DNA of 64,000 nucleotides from an uncultured Lentisphaeraceae bacterium (GTDB lineage Bacteria; Verrucomicrobiota; Kiritimatiellia; RFP12; DVOR01): NCBI GenBank assembly GCA_949282555.1, contig CASDPK010000021.1, positions 1,732 to 65,731 of the forward strand, read 5' to 3'. Shown piece by piece: positions 59,509 to 64,000 of this stretch (position 1 is its first letter; each line of letters starts with the position of its first letter). The notes under the pieces were generated by a model. It saw only the letters and a program-made list of their open reading frames with translations, ran no database searches and was not told where the DNA came from. The position numbers and the translations under genes were made by a program.

Positions 59509-59889
59509 TCACGGTTGCGCATCATTGCCGCAAGGCTTTGGCTCTGGCAAATAGCGAAACATCCGACTGAACGGATCGCCAACCGTCACACGTTGTCGCC
59601 ACGCGTCACGGGTCGTCGCGTCATATCGAAATGTCGCCATTGGGAGCCCGAAGATACGAAACACGCGAACGACCACGTCCCCGTCCTTCTTCGTCACGAA
59701 AAAGATGTAGTGCTTGAACACAAAGAAGAACTTCTCTTTCCGATTGTTGTCCGAGCTTGCGATCACCTTCTCCTGAATGGCCTCCCAATCCTGTCGCGAT
59801 GCACAAGGAAGAAACCGGGATTTCAGAGTTAGCACCGCGAGACCGACGGCAACACCCCACAGCACATTGAGTAGTGAAATCCTCTTCAT
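59509..59889 (-). CDS. Hypothetical membrane-anchored protein
   Basis: GGAGG SD, N-terminal hydrophobic segment, lower GC. Confidence 0.55.
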   Translation of the reverse strand: MKRISLLNVLWGVAVGLAVLTLKSRFLPCASRQDWEAIQEKVIASSDNNRKEKFFFVFKHYIFFVTKKDGDVVVRVFRIFGLPMATFRYDATTRDAWRQRVTVGDPFSRMFRYLPEPKPCGNDAQP

Positions 59890-60191
59890 TGCATGCCTCC
59901 ATTACCTCACTTCGACGTCCGCCGAGCGGGAGAAACGATGGGGCGACCCGTCGCACTCAGGCATACGACGCCCCCAAAGAGCTTCCGCCCTCCACGACTT
60001 CCATACACATGCTCTCGCGAACACCATGCGTCCATGCTATCACAGTTTTGGCATTGCCGCTTGGAACGTCACCCACCCTCCACGGAAGAGCCGCCGCTTT
60101 GCCCCCCGGAACGGCGATGCGCCCAAATGCCGCTCACTCTCCGCTCACGGCCTGTGCTATACTGTTGCATCATCCCTTCCAAGGAGCACCC

Positions 60192-60764
60192 ATGGACAAG
60201 TTCACTTATCTCGTTTCCGTGATCACGCCGGACCGCGTCGGCCTCACGCGCGACATTGCGCAGACCGTGGTGGATCTGCGTGGCTACATTTCCGACATGC
60301 GCCAGACGATCGTGAGTGGCTTCTTCTCGCTCATTTTCGTCACCGAACACTCCGAAGACGTGGGCACACGTCTGCACGATGCGTTGCGCGCGGTGCTCCC
60401 CGAGGGCGCGGTGCTCTCCATCATGGAAGGCCCCGAGCGCGTGCGCAAGGCGCTCCCCGCGGTCGGCCCGCGATATGTGGCGATTGCCTCCGGCGAGGAC
60501 CGCCCGGGAATGATGCTGGCGATCTCCGGGTTCATGGCGTCGCACAACATCAACATTGAGGATTGGTCGACCGTCTTCGACGGGAACCACGTCACCCACT
60601 TGGCCTATGTCACCTTCCGCGCCCCGTGCACCGACCTCAAGGCCACGCAGGCCGAATACAAGAAGGCGATGGAGAGCCTTGGCTTTTCCGCCCAGCTCTG
60701 CCACGAGGACATCTTCCGCGCCACCGGCGAGGTCGCCCCCATCAAGTCCATCATCCAGGAGTAA
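60192..60764 (+). CDS. Double ACT-domain protein (GcvR-like)
   Basis: DRVGLT and GEDRPGM ACT motifs; usual partner of DUF711. Confidence 0.85.
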   Translation: MDKFTYLVSVITPDRVGLTRDIAQTVVDLRGYISDMRQTIVSGFFSLIFVTEHSEDVGTRLHDALRAVLPEGAVLSIMEGPERVRKALPAVGPRYVAIASGEDRPGMMLAISGFMASHNINIEDWSTVFDGNHVTHLAYVTFRAPCTDLKATQAEYKKAMESLGFSAQLCHEDIFRATGEVAPIKSIIQE

Positions 60765-60769
60765 TCGCG

Positions 60770-62143
60770 ATGCTCAACAATCAGGCCGTCCTTGCCACGC
60801 TGCGCATGGTCAATGAGGAAAACCTCGACGTGCGCACCTGCACCATGGGCATCAATCTCTGCCGTTGCGCCAATCCCGACCCCAAGGCCATGGTCACCGC
60901 CGTCTATGACCGCATCATGACGGTGGCCAAAGACCTCGTGCGCACCTGCAACGAGGCCACCACCCTCTTCGGCGTGAACGTGGTCAACAAGCGCATCTCC
61001 ATCTCCCCCGCCTCCATGCTGCTCGAGGGGCACACCGTGGACACCGCGGTGGAGCTCTGCAAGGCCCTCGACCGCGCCGCCACGGAGTTGGGCGTGGATT
61101 TGCTCGGCGGCTTTTCCGCCATCGTCCACAAGGGCATCACCCCCGGCGAACGCACGCTCATTGAGTCCCTCCCGCGCGCCTTGGCCGAGACCTCCCACGT
61201 CTGCTCCTCCATCAACGTGGGCACCACCCGCGCCGGCATCAACGTGGACGCCGTGAACCTCGTCGCCCAAAAGATGCTCGAGATCTCCAAGGCCACCGAG
61301 GCCATCCACGGCTTCGGCTGCGCCAAGCTCGTGGTCTTCGCCAACATCACCGAAGACAACCCCTTCATGGCCGGCACCCTCCTCGGCCCCGGCGAGCCCG
61401 ACGTGGTCATCAATGCCGGCGTCTCCGGCCCCGGCGTCGTCAAGTGCGCCATCGAAAAGCTGGTCGCCGCCGATCCCGACGTGACGCTCGACGAGATCGC
61501 CGAGGAAATCAAGCACACCACCTACCGCGTCACCCGCACCGGCGAGCTCATCGGCCGCCATGTCGCCAAGAAACTCGGCGTTCCCTTCGGCGTGCTCGAC
61601 CTCTCCCTCGCCCCCACCCCGAAAGTCGGCGACTCCGTGGGCGAAATCTACCAGGCCATGGGCATCAAGAAGATCGGTTGCCCCGGCACCATCGCCGCCG
61701 TGATGATGCTCAACGACGCCGTCAAGAAGGGCGGCGCCTTCGCCTCCTCCGCCGTCGGCGGCCTCTCCGGCGCCTTCATCCCCCCGATGGAAGACCACAC
61801 CCTCGAGCTCGCCCTCACCGATGGCACCCTCTGCCTTGAGAAGCTCGAAGGCATGACCAGCGTCTGCTCCGTGGGCCTCGACATGATCATGCTCCCCGGC
61901 GACACGCCCGCCGCCACCCTCGCCGGCATCATCCTCGACGAGTGCGCCATCGGCGTTTCCGCCCGCAAGACCACCGGCGTGCGCGTCATCCCCGTGCCGG
62001 GCGCCAAGGTCGGCGACTACTTCGACTTCGGCGGGCTCTTCGGCGGCGGCACCGTGGTCGCCCCCCGTTGCCCCGATGGCCAGGAAGCCTTCGTCGGCCA
62101 CGGCGGCCACATCCCCGCCCCGATCCACTCCCTCCTCAACTGA
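60770..62143 (+). CDS. DUF711 / UPF0210 PFL-like protein
   Basis: LDVRTCTMGI, VNKRISISP, DNPFMAG, GVSGPGVV, VCSVGLDMI. Confidence 0.92.
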   Translation: MLNNQAVLATLRMVNEENLDVRTCTMGINLCRCANPDPKAMVTAVYDRIMTVAKDLVRTCNEATTLFGVNVVNKRISISPASMLLEGHTVDTAVELCKALDRAATELGVDLLGGFSAIVHKGITPGERTLIESLPRALAETSHVCSSINVGTTRAGINVDAVNLVAQKMLEISKATEAIHGFGCAKLVVFANITEDNPFMAGTLLGPGEPDVVINAGVSGPGVVKCAIEKLVAADPDVTLDEIAEEIKHTTYRVTRTGELIGRHVAKKLGVPFGVLDLSLAPTPKVGDSVGEIYQAMGIKKIGCPGTIAAVMMLNDAVKKGGAFASSAVGGLSGAFIPPMEDHTLELALTDGTLCLEKLEGMTSVCSVGLDMIMLPGDTPAATLAGIILDECAIGVSARKTTGVRVIPVPGAKVGDYFDFGGLFGGGTVVAPRCPDGQEAFVGHGGHIPAPIHSLLN

Positions 62144-62232
62144 GCGCGCCCCTGCCGCGGTTCCCCCTCGGCAGGGCCCGCCCTGCGGGCACGAGGAGAG
62201 CTCCACGGCCCCCCGCAGGCGATGATGCCCCC

Positions 62233-63369
62233 ATGCATTTGAACGTTGCAGCCGCCATGATCGTGAACGACGCAGGGGCCGTGCTCTGCGTGCGCAGGGG
62301 TGCGTCGAAATTCGCCTCCACGGCCCATCGCTGGGAGTTCCCCGGCGGGAAAATCGAGCCAGGCGAAACGCCCGCCCAAGCCGCCGTGCGCGAAATCCGC
62401 GAGGAGTTGGGAATGGACATTCGGCCGTTGGCCGATGGGCCGACGGTCGAGCACGCCTACCCGGAGTTTTCGATCTCCCTGCACGGCGTGCTCTGCGTGG
62501 CGGAGGAGGGTTCGCCCGAGCCGACGCTCCGTGAGCACACGGCGTCGGACTGGTGCCCGCCCGATGCGCTGTGGCGGCATGCGTTCGCCGCGGCGGACGC
62601 GCCGCTCCTGCTGTGGCTGAAGGAACGCTTCTTCGGCGCGCGTCTGCGGGCGGAGACCTTTGGGCGCTTTCCCTGCTTCCTTGAATCCTGCACAAGCACG
62701 AACGATGAGGCCCTGCGCCGCGCCGAGGCCGGCGCCCCCGAAGGCACCATGGTGGTGGCCGAACGGCAGACCGCCGGGCGGGGCCGCCTGGGGCGCACGT
62801 GGTTCTCCGAGCCGGGGCAGGGATTGCTTTTCTCGTGGGTGGCGCGGCCGAACTTGCCCCCGGAAACGGCCGCGACGCTCCCCCTCGTGGCCGGGCTGGC
62901 CGTGGCTCAGACCCTGCGCGCGCTCGGCACGGAAGCGGGGCTCAAATGGCCCAACGACGTGCTCATCGGCGAACGCAAAGCCTGCGGCATTCTCTGCGAG
63001 GCGCAGACCTCCGCGCGCGGCATTGAGGGCATTGTGGTGGGCATCGGCATCAACGTGGGGGCCGTGCCGGAAGCCGTGGCCTACCGCGCGGTGGGTTTGG
63101 GCGGAGGCCTTGACCGATTGGAATTGCTGGCCCGGCTCTGCCCCGTCTTCGAGGGCTTCTATCGGCGGTGGCGGGCCGGCGGTTTGGCGGCCCTCCGCGC
63201 GGAGCTTGACGCGCTGGACTGCAAGTGTGGGCGGCCCATCGTCGTGAAGCCCTCCGGCACCCCGATCGAAGGCATCGCCCGGGGCATCCGCGACGACGGC
63301 GCCCTGTTGCTGGAGACCGCGTCCGGAACGGAGGCCATCCTTTGCGGGGAGATCGTACAATGGGACTGA
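62233..63369 (+). CDS. birA: MutT-like NUDIX hydrolase fused to biotin--protein ligase
   Basis: WEFPGGKIEPGETPAQAAVREIREELG Nudix box, then STND, QTAGRGRLGRTW, KWPND, KACGIL. Confidence 0.88.
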   Translation: MHLNVAAAMIVNDAGAVLCVRRGASKFASTAHRWEFPGGKIEPGETPAQAAVREIREELGMDIRPLADGPTVEHAYPEFSISLHGVLCVAEEGSPEPTLREHTASDWCPPDALWRHAFAAADAPLLLWLKERFFGARLRAETFGRFPCFLESCTSTNDEALRRAEAGAPEGTMVVAERQTAGRGRLGRTWFSEPGQGLLFSWVARPNLPPETAATLPLVAGLAVAQTLRALGTEAGLKWPNDVLIGERKACGILCEAQTSARGIEGIVVGIGINVGAVPEAVAYRAVGLGGGLDRLELLARLCPVFEGFYRRWRAGGLAALRAELDALDCKCGRPIVVKPSGTPIEGIARGIRDDGALLLETASGTEAILCGEIVQWD

Positions 63370-64000
63370 AGCTGACCCTTTTCGGACTGGGCCTCACGCT
63401 CGCGGCGATCGGTTGCGATCGCCCCGAGGCGACGGGGCGCACCGTGATGGTGGAGGGCCCGACCAATGCCATCCCGCCGCTCACGCAAGACATCACGGCC
63501 CTGCATCTGCGCGAGGTCGGCGCCGAACGCGTCTATGCCCTCCACCCGCCGGCGGCCCTGCGCGAGCTGAGCCTCATCGGCAACCGCCTCATGGCGCTCC
63601 CAGACGACCTTGTCCCGCAAGGCATTGAGCGGCTTTGGCTCGCCGACAACCGCCTGACCCATCTGCCCAAGGCCGCCAGCGGCTGGACGCGGCTGGAATA
63701 TCTGAACCTCGACCGCAACCTCTTTTCCGAATTGCCCGACCTCAGCGGCACCCGTCTGCGCTGGCTCCGACTGAACGGGAACCGCCTCACCGCCCTGCCG
63801 GCCCTGCCCGACACCGTGGAGCGGCTCTACCTCGCCGACAACCGCTTGAAGGCCGCCCCCGCGAAGCCCGCCGCGCTTCGGCACCTTGTCCTCGCCGGGA
63901 ACCCGATGGCGTCCGTCCCCGACGATCTCGGCGCCGGGCTGGAGTGGCTCGACCTCTCCCGCACCGACCTCACCGCCCTGCCGCGCGACCTCGCCCCTTG
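63360..64000 (+). CDS. Leucine-rich-repeat lipoprotein (runs off window)
   Basis: Manual translation MGLKLTLFGLGLTLAAIGC; repeats LxxLxLxxNxLxxLP. Confidence 0.85.
   Translation, partial: MGLKLTLFGLGLTLAAIGCDRPEATGRTVMVEGPTNAIPPLTQDITALHLREVGAERVYALHPPAALRELSLIGNRLMALPDDLVPQGIERLWLADNRLTHLPKAASGWTRLEYLNLDRNLFSELPDLSGTRLRWLRLNGNRLTALPALPDTVERLYLADNRLKAAPAKPAALRHLVLAGNPMASVPDDLGAGLEWLDLSRTDLTALPRDLAP

Overview
GC-rich bacterial chromosome window, probably from a host-associated PVC-superphylum organism (Kiritimatiellia/Verrucomicrobia-like; inferred from gene style, not from a database search). Most of it is housekeeping: pta, ppx-ppk1, pdxA, rsmD, type-2 ileS, purB, dnaJ-grpE with tRNA-Leu(UAA), panD, a tricorn-like protease, an MsbA-like transporter, a biotin carboxyltransferase, an FMN riboswitch with ribBA-ribH-nusB-pyrD, ACT/DUF711 genes and a NUDIX-BirA fusion. 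The main accessory region is an Rhs polymorphic-toxin locus at about 36.3-48.1 kb on the minus strand. It has one full-length Rhs protein with a frameshift-hidden Sec-like signal peptide, followed by two orphan Rhs-core/toxin modules. The three toxin tips differ (beta-rich unknown, caspase-like His/Cys protease, lipase-like), and each is followed by an exported candidate immunity gene. The Rhs cores hold four copies of an in-frame 33-bp hairpin insertion at the G-N turn of YD repeats, including a filled/empty site pair. An IS30-family element with a 13-15 bp target duplication sits exactly at one toxin/immunity junction. Also seen: a dispersed 22-bp-period intergenic repeat at three loci, a cluster of small orphan ORFs at 9.2-11.2 kb, several apparently leaderless genes, and two single-G frameshifts that may be sequencing errors.
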